Shown here in pieces: positions 37,985-47,576 of a stretch of 64,000 bases of DNA (the first letter of the stretch is position 1; each line of letters begins with the position of its first letter). A program made the translations under genes and the position numbers. Source of the stretch: Clostridia bacterium (GTDB taxonomy: Bacteria > Bacillota > Clostridia > Oscillospirales > Acutalibacteraceae); assembly GCA_017503135.1 (NCBI GenBank), contig JAFVTQ010000002.1, positions 171,502 through 235,501 of the forward strand. The letters are read 5' to 3'. The notes beneath the pieces are model-generated. The model ran no database searches. It had not been told where the DNA came from and saw only the letters and a list, made by a program, of their open reading frames with translations.

Positions 37985-38459
37985 AGAAATTTTTGAAAGA
38001 TTAGAACAATTAGAAATTAAATATGAAAAAATCGAGCACCCTGTTATGTTCACAATGGAAGAAATTGCAGAATATGGACTTAATTCACACAGCCATATTC
38101 CAAAAAATCTTGTGCTTCGTGATGTTAAGGGTACTCGTAATATGTTAGTTCTTGTTCACGGCGACAAAAGAGCCGATTTGCGACTTATCCGTGACGAAAT
38201 CGACTCAACCAAACTGAGTTTTGCTTCTGACGAGAGATTAGACAGATACTTAAAGGTTGAAAAAGGTTCGGTATCTCCTTTCGGCATTATTTATGACACA
38301 GAAAAAGAGCTTGAAATCTATTTTGACTCCGATTTGAAAAAAGAAGAAATTGTTGGTTGTCACCCAAATGATAACAGAGCAACTCTCTTCTTGAAATTTG
38401 ATGACCTTGTTAAATATGTTAAATCCTGCGGTCACACAATCACTTACATAAAAGTATGA
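37974..38459 (+). CDS. YbaK/ProX-type aminoacyl-tRNA editing domain protein
   Basis: Only the last ~161 aa of track ORF 37692-38459 are outside lepA. The ATGATGAATAA overlap with the lepA stop gives [13 protein letters not shown]...KGSVSPFG..., a YbaK/EbsC-like pattern. Confidence 0.65.
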   Translation: MMNKEIFERLEQLEIKYEKIEHPVMFTMEEIAEYGLNSHSHIPKNLVLRDVKGTRNMLVLVHGDKRADLRLIRDEIDSTKLSFASDERLDRYLKVEKGSVSPFGIIYDTEKELEIYFDSDLKKEEIVGCHPNDNRATLFLKFDDLVKYVKSCGHTITYIKV

Positions 38460-39565
38460 AAAACATAGGACTTTATTTACACATTCCATTTTGTAAATCA
38501 AAATGCCCATACTGTGATTTCTACTCATTTTCGGGAAAAGACACACAAAAAGACCAATATACAAGTGTTTTGAGAGAAAAGATTTTGTCAAGTATTTCTA
38601 CTTTACAGAGCAATAGTGAGTGTAAAGTTAATACACTTTACATTGGTGGTGGAACTCCGTCAGTTTTAGGTGCAAAAAATCTCGAAAGCCTTGTAAATGC
38701 GTGCAATTCAGGCTTTTTGACAGATGATGCTGAAATCACAGTTGAGTGTAACCCACACGGATTAGACGAAGCTTTTTTCAAGGTTTTACACGATTGTGGT
38801 GTAAACAGAATCTCACTTGGACTTCAATCTGCTGTTGATAATGAAAGACGGATTTTAGGTCGTTTAAGTGACAGAAATCAGGTTGAGAATGCTGTTAAAA
38901 CGGCTCAAAAGGTTGGTTTTAAAAATATCACTCTTGATGTTATGTTGGGTGTGCCAAACCAAACTGAAAAGAGTTTAAAAGAAACTCTTGATTTTTGTGT
39001 TTCTCTGGGTGTGCCACACATTAGTGCATATATGCTCAAACTTGAAGAGAATACTCATTTTTATAAAAATCAGCACAAATATAATTTCCCTGACGATGAC
39101 ACTACTGCTGATTTATATTTGCAGATGTGTGAAACTCTTGAAAGTCAAGGCATTATGCAATATGAAGTTTCAAACTTTGCGAAAAGCGGATTCCAGAGCC
39201 GTCATAATCTCAAATATTGGCATTGCGAAGAATATTTAGGTCTTGGACCATCTGCACATTCATTTTTAGACGGCAAAAGATTTTATTACGACAGAGATTT
39301 CAATGCGTTTATGAATGGCAACTCACCTATTGGGGATGGTTTTGGTGGAGATTTCACCGAATATGCAATGTTAAATCTTCGTTTGGTTGAAGGATTAAAT
39401 GAAGAAAAAGTTTTTGAAAGATTTGGGCACAGTATCCCAAATTCATTATATCAAAATTCAAAGATTTTCATTGATAATGGGTATATAACAAAAAATAAAT
39501 ATGGTTTAGCATTGACCCGCAAGGGATTTTTAATGTCAAATACGATTTTGTCGGAAATATTATAA
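38456..39565 (+). CDS. hemW: Radical SAM heme chaperone HemW (HemN-like, oxygen-independent coproporphyrinogen oxidase family)
   Basis: LYLHIPFCKSKCPYCDFYS radical SAM motif, GGGTPS, and a HemN_C-like C-terminus. Confidence 0.85.
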   Translation: MKNIGLYLHIPFCKSKCPYCDFYSFSGKDTQKDQYTSVLREKILSSISTLQSNSECKVNTLYIGGGTPSVLGAKNLESLVNACNSGFLTDDAEITVECNPHGLDEAFFKVLHDCGVNRISLGLQSAVDNERRILGRLSDRNQVENAVKTAQKVGFKNITLDVMLGVPNQTEKSLKETLDFCVSLGVPHISAYMLKLEENTHFYKNQHKYNFPDDDTTADLYLQMCETLESQGIMQYEVSNFAKSGFQSRHNLKYWHCEEYLGLGPSAHSFLDGKRFYYDRDFNAFMNGNSPIGDGFGGDFTEYAMLNLRLVEGLNEEKVFERFGHSIPNSLYQNSKIFIDNGYITKNKYGLALTRKGFLMSNTILSEIL

Positions 39566-39566
39566 A

Positions 39567-39595
39567 TTGACAATCCATTTTACTTATGATAAAAT
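39567..39595 (+). promoter_or_regulatory. Promoter of metA
   Basis: TTGACA (39567-39572), a 17 nt spacer, then TAAAAT (39590-39595). No riboswitch-like leader is visible. Confidence 0.5.
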
Positions 39596-39630
39596 ACTAA
39601 CTCGTATATTGAAGAAAGGAGTGGACGATA

Positions 39631-40548
39631 ATGCCTATTAAAATTGATGACCAATTACCCGCAAGACATAATTTAGAGTTGGAGAATATCTTTGTTATGA
39701 CAGAGCAGAGAGCAAGCATTCAGGATATTCGTCCGCTTAAAATTATTCTTCTTAACTTGATGCCTACAAAAATTGAGACTGAAACACAGATTTTGCGTCT
39801 TCTCAGCAACTCACCTTTGCAGGTTGAAGTTGAGCTTTTGCAAGTGGCTACACACGAAAGCAAAAACACAAGTAAAGAGCATTTGCTCAAATTCTATAAG
39901 ACATTTGACGACATCAAAGACCAGAAATTTGACGGTATGATTGTCACAGGTGCTCCTGTTGAATTGATGCCATTTGAAGAAGTTGATTATTGGGACGAGC
40001 TTTGCACAATCTTTGACTGGGCAAAGAGCCATGTTTATTCTTCATTCCACATCTGTTGGGGTGCACAAGCAGCACTTTATTATCACTATGGTATTCCGAA
40101 ATACAGATTATCTGAAAAGATGTTTGGCGTTTTCCCACACAAGCCACTTGATATGTATCACCCATTGCTTCGTGGTTTCAGCGACTTGTTTTATGTGCCA
40201 CATTCTCGTCACACAGAAACAAAGAAAGAAGATATTGCACTTGTTAAAGATTTGCAGATTCTTTCTTATTCAGAGATTTCGGGTGTTCACCTTGTTGCAG
40301 ATATGGATTGCAGAAATTTCTATTGCACAGGGCACAGCGAATATGACAGCGACACATTGGCTCGTGAATATTTCAGGGATTTACATAGGGGATTAGATAT
40401 TAAAGTTCCATATAACTATTTCCCGAATGACGATACACGACTCACTCCCCCACTCACATGGCGTGGCGCAGGTAGTTTGTTGTTCCAAAACTGGCTCAAC
40501 TATTTTGTGTATCAAAGAACACCTTATGATGTTAATGAAATTAAATAA
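39631..40548 (+). CDS. metA: Homoserine O-acyltransferase (MetA family)
   Basis: [11 protein letters not shown]...[16 protein letters not shown]...[12 protein letters not shown]...[10 protein letters not shown] is the canonical MetA pattern. Confidence 0.9.
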   Translation: MPIKIDDQLPARHNLELENIFVMTEQRASIQDIRPLKIILLNLMPTKIETETQILRLLSNSPLQVEVELLQVATHESKNTSKEHLLKFYKTFDDIKDQKFDGMIVTGAPVELMPFEEVDYWDELCTIFDWAKSHVYSSFHICWGAQAALYYHYGIPKYRLSEKMFGVFPHKPLDMYHPLLRGFSDLFYVPHSRHTETKKEDIALVKDLQILSYSEISGVHLVADMDCRNFYCTGHSEYDSDTLAREYFRDLHRGLDIKVPYNYFPNDDTRLTPPLTWRGAGSLLFQNWLNYFVYQRTPYDVNEIK

Positions 40549-40560
40549 AAGCATAAAAAA

Positions 40561-40592
40561 GACCGAACAGAAATTAATCTGTTCGGTTTTTT
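40561..40592 (+). terminator. Intrinsic terminator after metA
   Basis: ACCGAACAG-aaattaat-CTGTTCGGT followed by a T-tract. Confidence 0.8.
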
Positions 40593-40659
40593 GTGTAATG
40601 AGTTCAACAAATTAGGGTTTGTTAACAAAAAAGATGGGAACGAGTCCCACCTTTTTGTT

Positions 40660-42135
40660 TTATCCTATTGCCATCTTAAAGCAAAGTGGTAAATCTGTGT
40701 TGATTTCCCCTTTAAGCTTGATTGTAAGGCATTTTTCATCTCTTGTGAAGTTGATTTTTTCATCACTACCCAAAAGTTCAACACTCTCAATTAAATAGTC
40801 GTGTGGGTTGTGAAGTTTAAGAGTTTTGATTTTAACTGTTTTTGATGGTCGCATCTGGAATACATACAAATAACCATTTTTATATGTAAAGCGGAAATCT
40901 TTATTAGTGAATTTCTTTTCGTCGCCGTCTTGGAAGAAGCCATCTTTAGCATTAACTTTGCCTTCACCAAATTGTTTCCAGAATGTTGTGCCATAAATAC
41001 CTTCACCATTGATTTTAAGCCACTCGCCCATTGTAAGAAGCACTTGAGTTTCTTCGTCGGTAATTGTGCCATCAGGTTTTGGACCGATATTGATAAGCAA
41101 GTTACCATTTTTCGAAACAATATCAACAAGGTCGCAAATCACTTGTCTTGCGCTCTTATATTCATTATCTTTTCTGTAACCCCAAGAGCATTTTCCGATT
41201 GCAGTATCAGTTTGCCAATAAAGTGGAGAGATTTCTGTCAATGCACCACGCTCAACATCAAATGTTGCAACAGTTGGTGGGAATGCTTCGTGCTTATAGT
41301 TAATTGTAACTTCTTTACCCCATTCTTCTGCACGGTTATAATAATAAGCCGCTAACTTTTTAAGATATGGTTTGAAACTATGATTATGAATCCACCAGTC
41401 GAAATATAGTACTGATGGCTGATATTTATCAATCAATTCGCAAGTGCGAACAAGCCAGTCTTCAAGCCACTCTTCACTTGCACCGAGAGTATGTGTATTT
41501 TCTGTGGTTTTACCAAGATCATGTGAGTTCCACTCGTCACAATATACTGCAGGACCATAGAAATCGCGATAATTATCGTCATTGACATCACTATCAAAGG
41601 TTCTGCCAAGATTCATAAAGAAATAATGCTCTGCACGGTGAGATGAAGCACAAAGTGTTAGCCCTTGATTTTCACATTCTGCTTTGAGTTCACCCACAAC
41701 ATCACGGCAAGGACCCATTTCTTTTGCATTCCAACGGTTAAACTCTGTTTCATACATAGCAAATCCGTCGTGATGCTCGGCTACTGGCATAACATATTTG
41801 ATACCTGATTTTTTGAAAAGTGAAACCCATTTTGATGCATCAAAATTTTCTGCCTTGAACATTGGAATAAAATCTTTATATCCAAAATCCTTATGCTCAC
41901 CATAGGTTTTTCTGTGATGCTCAAACTCTCGGACACATTTATCATACATACTTCTTGAATACCACTCACTGCCGAACGCCGGCACAGAATAAATACCCCA
42001 ATGAATAAACACGCCTAATTTATCGTGCATATACCAGTCAGGCACTTTGTGATGAGCAAGAGATGCCCAATCAGCCTTGTATTTTCCCTTTTCATTGACT
42101 TCGTCAATTAATTTCAAATATTCCCCAGTTGTCAT
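40660..42135 (-). CDS. Alpha-L-fucosidase (GH29), cytoplasmic
   Basis: KLGVFIHWGIYSVPAFGSEWY...HHDGF... is the GH29 signature. The start was moved to ATG 42135 (MTTGEY), because the track's extension overlaps the xth 3' end. Confidence 0.85.
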   Translation of the reverse strand: MTTGEYLKLIDEVNEKGKYKADWASLAHHKVPDWYMHDKLGVFIHWGIYSVPAFGSEWYSRSMYDKCVREFEHHRKTYGEHKDFGYKDFIPMFKAENFDASKWVSLFKKSGIKYVMPVAEHHDGFAMYETEFNRWNAKEMGPCRDVVGELKAECENQGLTLCASSHRAEHYFFMNLGRTFDSDVNDDNYRDFYGPAVYCDEWNSHDLGKTTENTHTLGASEEWLEDWLVRTCELIDKYQPSVLYFDWWIHNHSFKPYLKKLAAYYYNRAEEWGKEVTINYKHEAFPPTVATFDVERGALTEISPLYWQTDTAIGKCSWGYRKDNEYKSARQVICDLVDIVSKNGNLLINIGPKPDGTITDEETQVLLTMGEWLKINGEGIYGTTFWKQFGEGKVNAKDGFFQDGDEKKFTNKDFRFTYKNGYLYVFQMRPSKTVKIKTLKLHNPHDYLIESVELLGSDEKINFTRDEKCLTIKLKGEINTDLPLCFKMAIG

Positions 42136-42154
42136 TTCTGTCACCAGCTCTTTA

Positions 42155-42907
42155 TCAGATTTCAATTTCAATACCAACCGGGCAATGGTCACTACCCATA
42201 ATGTCAGTATAAATTGTGCTTTCTTTAAGTTTTGATGCAATGCGGTCTGACACAACAAAATAGTCTATGCGCCACCCTACATTCTTTTCTCTTGCATGGA
42301 ACATATAGCTCCACCAAGAATATTCAATTTTTTCAGGGTAGAGATAACGATAAGAATCAGTAAACCCTGCGTCTAAAAGCTCGGTGAACTTGTTTCTTTC
42401 TTCGTCGGTGAACCCTGCATTGTGATGATTTGTCTTTGGGTTTTTAAGGTCAATTTCCTGATGTGCCACATTCAAGTCACCACAATAAATCACGGGCTTT
42501 TTGCTATCAAGCTTCTGCATATATTCACGCAGAGCATCTTCCCAAGTCATTCGATAATCGAGTCGTGTCAATTCTCTTTGAGAATTTGGTGTATAAACAC
42601 AGAGAAGATAGAAATTCTCATATTCAAGTGTAATTGCTCTACCCTCGTGGTCGTGCTCTTCGATACCTAAACCATAAGTCACACTTATTGGCTCGTGCTT
42701 TGCAAAAATTGCAGTGCCTGAATATCCTTTTTTCTCTGCACTATACCAATATTGATGATAATCAGGGGTTAAAAACTCTGCCTGACCCGGTTGCATTTTA
42801 GTTTCTTGAATACAGAAAAAATCTGCATCTTCTGCTTTGAAAAAGTCTTCAAAGCCTTTATTTAAACAAGCTCGAAAGCCGTTAACATTCCAAGATATAA
42901 ATTTCAT
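42155..42907 (-). CDS. xth: Exodeoxyribonuclease III
   Basis: MKFISWNVNGFRA...FCIQETK...SDHCPV is the ExoIII/APE1 family pattern. Confidence 0.9.
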   Translation of the reverse strand: MKFISWNVNGFRACLNKGFEDFFKAEDADFFCIQETKMQPGQAEFLTPDYHQYWYSAEKKGYSGTAIFAKHEPISVTYGLGIEEHDHEGRAITLEYENFYLLCVYTPNSQRELTRLDYRMTWEDALREYMQKLDSKKPVIYCGDLNVAHQEIDLKNPKTNHHNAGFTDEERNKFTELLDAGFTDSYRYLYPEKIEYSWWSYMFHAREKNVGWRIDYFVVSDRIASKLKESTIYTDIMGSDHCPVGIEIEI

Positions 42908-43044
42908 AGGTTTTAGTCCTTTGCTTAATATGATATATTTATTTTATCATTTATTTTGATAATATACAACCATTATGTTTGACTTTAATATAGTTTAGAT
43001 ATATAATTTAATGTGAACAAAATCTATATGATAAGGGGATTTTT

Positions 43045-45429
43045 ATGGATAGCTATGCAAAGCGTTTTAAAATAGATTGCTCTCCCGTTGCAAAGAGTGA
43101 GCAGACTATTATTCGTGGTAACACAAGATTTACAGTAATCACACCTTGCCTTTTGAGAGTTGAAAACCAAAAGAATGCTAAATTCTGTGACGAACCAACA
43201 CAGAGTGTATGGTTCAGAGATTTCTGTGACGCATCATTTGAAGTCAAAGAAGCAAATGGTCTTGTTGAAATCAAGACAGAAAGCACAACATTTACATATT
43301 CTCTTAGTGCAAACAAAATGAAGAGCATCACATTGAATGATGGCAGAATTAATTATAATTTCAAGTCTGGCAACCTTAAAGGCACTTGCCGTACTCTTGA
43401 TATTACTGCGGGTATCATTAGACTCAACGACGGTGTTTGCTCAAAAGATGGTGTTGCAATTCTTGACGACAGCGAAACACTTGTACTTAAAGAAGACGGC
43501 ACAATCTTGCCAAGAGACAACAAAGAAAAGGACGAATACTATTTCGCTTATGGTAACGATTACATAGGCGCTACAACTGACCTTTATAAATTAACAGGCA
43601 AAGTGCCACTTATCCCCCGTTATGCTCTCTCTAACTGGTGGAGCAGATATAAGGCATATACACAAGAAGAGTATTTAACTCTTATGGATAAATTCAAAGA
43701 CGAAGAAGTGCCAATTACAGTTGCAACTGTTGATATGGATTGGCACTGGGTTGACATTAAGAAGAAATTCGGTAAAGATGCTCATAAAATGACAAAGCAT
43801 CTTAACCTTTGGGAATATATCTATGATATATGGTCAGCAGGTTGGACTGGTTACAGCTTCAACACAGACCTTTTCCCTGACTATGAAGAATTCCTTAACA
43901 AGCTCAAAGCAGATAACTATCATATTACATTCAACATTCACCCATCAATGGGCGTGCGTTGGTTTGAAAATCAATATGAAGATATGTGCAAGGCTATGGG
44001 ACAAAACCCTGCTGATAAAAAACCTGTTGAATTTGATATTACAGACAAGAAATTCACAGAAAATTATTTTGATATTCTTCACAGACCATTTGAAGAAAAG
44101 GGTGTTGACTTCTGGTGGATTGACTGGCAACAGGGCAACAACACAAAAACACCGGGACTTGACCCACTCTGGGCACTCAACCACTATCACTTCCTTGACA
44201 ATGCAAAGGATAATCACCGTCCACTCATTCTCTCTCGTTTCTGTGGTGCAGGTAGCCAACGCTATCCATTAGGTTTCTCTGGTGACACAACACAGACTTG
44301 GAAGAGTCTCGATTTCCAACCAGGATTTACTGCAACTGCATCTAACATTGCTTATCCTTGGTGGAGTCACGACATCGGCGGTCACTGTATGGGTAAAAAA
44401 GACGACGAGCTTTATCTTCGTTGGGTACAGTTAGGTATTTATAGCCCTGTTATGCGACTTCACTCAACAAACAACGAATTTGCAGGTAAAGAGCCTTGGA
44501 ATTATAGCGGTCCTGTTGAGAGAATTGCAAAGGATGCGCTCCGTTTAAGACATAAACTCTTACCATATATCTACACAATGAACTATCGCACACATACTGA
44601 ATGCAGAGCAATTTGTGAACCAATGTATTATGCTTATCCAACCGACGAAAACGCATACAACTGCAAAAACGAATTCTTCTTTGGTACTGAAATAATCGTT
44701 GCACCTATTACAGAGCACACATCAAAGAAAACAAACCTTGCAGGTGTTAATGTGTGGATTCCTGAAGGAAGATATACAGATATTTTCACAGGAAAAATTT
44801 ACGAAGGCAACAAATTTGTTAAAATGTATCGTGACATTGAGAATATTCCAGTATTGGCTCGTGAAGGCGCAATTATCCCAATGAGCGCTAACGACAGAAC
44901 TAACGATTGCTCAAACCCAGACGTGCTCGAACTTTTAGTTTATCGTGGCAACAACACATTCACACTCTATGAAGATGATGGTGAAACACTTTCATATCAA
45001 AATGGTGAATATCTCAAAACTGCTTTCACCGTTAGTGAAGAAGCAAACAAGGTTTCATTCACAATCGAAAAAGCAGAGGGTGACTCATCAGTTGTGCCAC
45101 AAAACAGAACTTATGTAATCAAGTTCAAAGATATTGTCAAGGGTGACATCAGTGCAAATGTTGATTATACTGTAGCAAATGATGACACAATGGAAATTAC
45201 AGTTACAGCAAGCCCTGATGCAACTGTTGAAATCACAATTGACAACTGTGAATATCTTCAGAATAAAGATATGAAGAAAGAACTTACAAATGTTATTTCT
45301 AAATTCCAGATGTCAACAGACAAAAAGGGTATGATTTTTGGTGGCTTTATTAAGAATAGCAAACCACTTGGAAACATCTCAAAGGATTTTAAAGGTCCAA
45401 TCGACGAAATCTTAAATCTTAAGAGATAA
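43045..45429 (+). CDS. Glycoside hydrolase family 31
   Basis: DMDWHW..., FWWIDWQQG and GFSGDTTQTW are consistent with the GH31 (beta/alpha)8 core. A DUF5110-like C-terminus follows. No signal peptide. Confidence 0.75.
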   Translation: MDSYAKRFKIDCSPVAKSEQTIIRGNTRFTVITPCLLRVENQKNAKFCDEPTQSVWFRDFCDASFEVKEANGLVEIKTESTTFTYSLSANKMKSITLNDGRINYNFKSGNLKGTCRTLDITAGIIRLNDGVCSKDGVAILDDSETLVLKEDGTILPRDNKEKDEYYFAYGNDYIGATTDLYKLTGKVPLIPRYALSNWWSRYKAYTQEEYLTLMDKFKDEEVPITVATVDMDWHWVDIKKKFGKDAHKMTKHLNLWEYIYDIWSAGWTGYSFNTDLFPDYEEFLNKLKADNYHITFNIHPSMGVRWFENQYEDMCKAMGQNPADKKPVEFDITDKKFTENYFDILHRPFEEKGVDFWWIDWQQGNNTKTPGLDPLWALNHYHFLDNAKDNHRPLILSRFCGAGSQRYPLGFSGDTTQTWKSLDFQPGFTATASNIAYPWWSHDIGGHCMGKKDDELYLRWVQLGIYSPVMRLHSTNNEFAGKEPWNYSGPVERIAKDALRLRHKLLPYIYTMNYRTHTECRAICEPMYYAYPTDENAYNCKNEFFFGTEIIVAPITEHTSKKTNLAGVNVWIPEGRYTDIFTGKIYEGNKFVKMYRDIENIPVLAREGAIIPMSANDRTNDCSNPDVLELLVYRGNNTFTLYEDDGETLSYQNGEYLKTAFTVSEEANKVSFTIEKAEGDSSVVPQNRTYVIKFKDIVKGDISANVDYTVANDDTMEITVTASPDATVEITIDNCEYLQNKDMKKELTNVISKFQMSTDKKGMIFGGFIKNSKPLGNISKDFKGPIDEILNLKR

Positions 45430-45435
45430 TTAAAG

Positions 45436-45469
45436 AAAAAACCGCTTGATTAAATTCAAGCGGTTTTTA
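45436..45469. terminator. Bidirectional intrinsic terminator between GH31 and the serpin gene
   Basis: AAAAA-ACCGCTTGA..TCAAGCGGT-TTTT. Confidence 0.75.
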
Positions 45470-45481
45470 TTATGCGAAATT

Positions 45482-46906
45482 TTATGGTTGATTAATTACC
45501 CCTGCAAATAGTGGCAAGCCATCTTCACCCGTTATTACAAATATAAACGGTCGGTCAACAACAAAGTCAATTTCATCTTCTGGTGGTCGTGCTGCGCCAG
45601 CCATTGGCAAAACTGTATATGCAGCGGCGGTTACGCCCTCTTCGTCAATTGCCACACGAACTCCGTGCTGTACCTTTGACAGATAAATAGGGTCATTGAA
45701 GTCAACAGTAAGTGGGGAAAAGTCTGCCACAGTAGAATCAAAGCAGTCTTTTACGCCCAAATCTTCAAAGTCTTCTTTTAAGTCCGAGTCCGAACACACA
45801 TCAAATTTTGGAATTGACAAATTAACTTTGAGTTGTTTTTGATTATTCCAATCGCCATCTGCATTCATAAACTTCAGGGCTTCACTATCATTTAAAAGTT
45901 CATCAATACTCACATTTTCATCAGGAAGAACAAACCACATTCGTCCGCTCATTTCAATCTCTTTGCCGACTGCTGAGAATTTTTCACCCCAATAGTATAC
46001 TCCATAGGTTTCTGTTTGGTTCATAAATTCACAAAGAATATCTCCCAATGGTGATTTAAAAACACCTTGAGTATTTAGAGAATTCTTAAATTCAGCATTC
46101 CACTTTGCCTGATAATAAATTGTTGTAGCAATGGACATTACAGTTTGTGGGTCTAATTCGATATCTAAAATCTGGTCTTTCAAAAGATTGCCTGTTTGTT
46201 GATTCAACCATTTTTGAAGTGCTTCGTTAAATTGAGACGAACCCATTTCACCTTGATAAGATGATGCAAAATAATTTTCGGCAAGTGTTTTTAAAGTTTC
46301 ACTGTTAAATGTGATATTTTCATTAAGCCATAACGAATTAGCAAGAACGCTTGTTACTGCACCATCGTTATTGTAGTTTGCGTTCCATATAGAGTTTGCC
46401 TGTTTGCGCAAAGTTTCAATGTTTTCTACACCCATTAAATTAAGAATCTGCTGACGACTTTCACCATCTGTTATCTCTGCAAGCATTGCAAGTGCCATAT
46501 ACATATTCACCGGTGAATATAACTTGTTTTCTTTACCTGAATCAGACAAAATCTGCGAATATGTTTTCTTAAAGAATTCATCGAGATTTTCACCAGCACC
46601 AAAATATTGTCTTTTTACTTTTTGGTCTTCAGCCCATTCTTTATAGCCTAATTCAGTTAAAGGATATTGCGTCATCTGTGGATATTTTGCCTCATTTATG
46701 GCATAGGACTTAATAACAAACGGATTATCAGGGATTTTTGTATTTCTCAAAAAAGGTGTCAAAGCGATAACAAGTGCCAGCACCGCAGCAACGGGTATCA
46801 CCCATTTATTTCTACGCTTTTTCTGTTTTATTAAAATATTGTCAGCATCTGCAATCAAATCTTCATCAATCATGCCAATTGCATCTTGTAATTTATCTGT
46901 TTTCAT
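45482..46906 (-). CDS. Membrane-anchored serpin (anti-sigma-like N-terminus + 1 TM + serpin domain)
   Basis: The N-terminus MKTDKLQDAIGMIDEDLIADA is followed by a TM (WVIPVAAVLALVIALTPFL). The serpin core includes SPVNMYMALAMLA, a hinge and reactive loop EEGVTAAAYTVLPMAGAARPP, and the DRPFIFVI C-terminus. ATGA overlap with the sigma factor gene. Confidence 0.8.
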   Translation of the reverse strand: MKTDKLQDAIGMIDEDLIADADNILIKQKKRRNKWVIPVAAVLALVIALTPFLRNTKIPDNPFVIKSYAINEAKYPQMTQYPLTELGYKEWAEDQKVKRQYFGAGENLDEFFKKTYSQILSDSGKENKLYSPVNMYMALAMLAEITDGESRQQILNLMGVENIETLRKQANSIWNANYNNDGAVTSVLANSLWLNENITFNSETLKTLAENYFASSYQGEMGSSQFNEALQKWLNQQTGNLLKDQILDIELDPQTVMSIATTIYYQAKWNAEFKNSLNTQGVFKSPLGDILCEFMNQTETYGVYYWGEKFSAVGKEIEMSGRMWFVLPDENVSIDELLNDSEALKFMNADGDWNNQKQLKVNLSIPKFDVCSDSDLKEDFEDLGVKDCFDSTVADFSPLTVDFNDPIYLSKVQHGVRVAIDEEGVTAAAYTVLPMAGAARPPEDEIDFVVDRPFIFVITGEDGLPLFAGVINQP

Positions 46907-47463
46907 TCTAAAAATCCCTCCTTTTCAAGATGAGAAATCAACTTTTGCCTTGTTCTTAAAAGCATGGTCTTCACTTTGCTCTGCCCGAAATCATATCTTT
47001 CACAGATTTCTTTTATTGAGTCAAAATACCAATATCTACGAACGAACACATTTCTTTCAATTGGTGACAATCCTCTCAAAAATAATGAGATTATTTTTGC
47101 TAATTCCTCAACTTCTAGCTGTTCATCAAATGTTTTTTCATCGGGAATACTGTTTTCAAGCTCATAAATTGATATTTCATATTCACCACCGCCACGCTTA
47201 TCGGCATTTTTCTTGCGCCATTTATCGATAGATTTTCTTCGGGTTATTGTACCTAAAAATGCAGACAATACCGATGGTTTTTGTGGTGGTATACTATTCC
47301 AAGCATCTAAGTATGTATCATTTTCACATTCTTCAGCATCTTCGTGATTGTGAAGAATACGATATGCAATTGTATAACAAAATTTACCATATTTTTCTTT
47401 TGTTACAGATATTGCTTTTTCATCTCGTTGCCAATAAAGATTTATTATTGTTTCATCATCCAT
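46903..47463 (-). CDS. ECF-type RNA polymerase sigma-70 family factor
   Basis: Region 2 (YGKFCYTIAYRILHNHEDAEECENDTYLDAW) and region 4 (LSPIERNVFVRRYWYFDSIKEICERYDFGQSKVKTML). Confidence 0.85.
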   Translation of the reverse strand: MDDETIINLYWQRDEKAISVTKEKYGKFCYTIAYRILHNHEDAEECENDTYLDAWNSIPPQKPSVLSAFLGTITRRKSIDKWRKKNADKRGGGEYEISIYELENSIPDEKTFDEQLEVEELAKIISLFLRGLSPIERNVFVRRYWYFDSIKEICERYDFGQSKVKTMLLRTRQKLISHLEKEGFLE

Positions 47464-47499
47464 AAATGCACCCCCTGTGTATTCCCTTTCACTTGTATA

Positions 47500-47524
47500 G
47501 ACGCATTTTATATAAATTAGTTAC
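47500..47524 (-). promoter_or_regulatory. Candidate ECF-type autoregulated promoter
   Basis: Minus strand reads TGTAAC-N16-CGTCTA upstream of the sigma gene (GTAAC at 47524-47520, CGTC at 47503-47500). Confidence 0.4.
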
Positions 47525-47576
47525 ATTTTATTTCAAATTAAATAAACGGCAGAGAATGTCTCCGCCGTTTTCTTTT

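Noticed and set aside
39566-39630. SAM riboswitch or Met T-box ahead of metA
   Set aside because: The leader is only about 35 nt after a good promoter and has no conserved riboswitch blocks.
42136-42258. N-terminal extension of the GH29 ORF, and the similar extensions at 24192-24287, 56662-56808, 60221-60259 and 55257-55298
   Set aside because: These extensions overlap upstream genes, terminators or leaders and lack an RBS. Internal starts with a Shine-Dalgarno sequence give native-looking N-termini.
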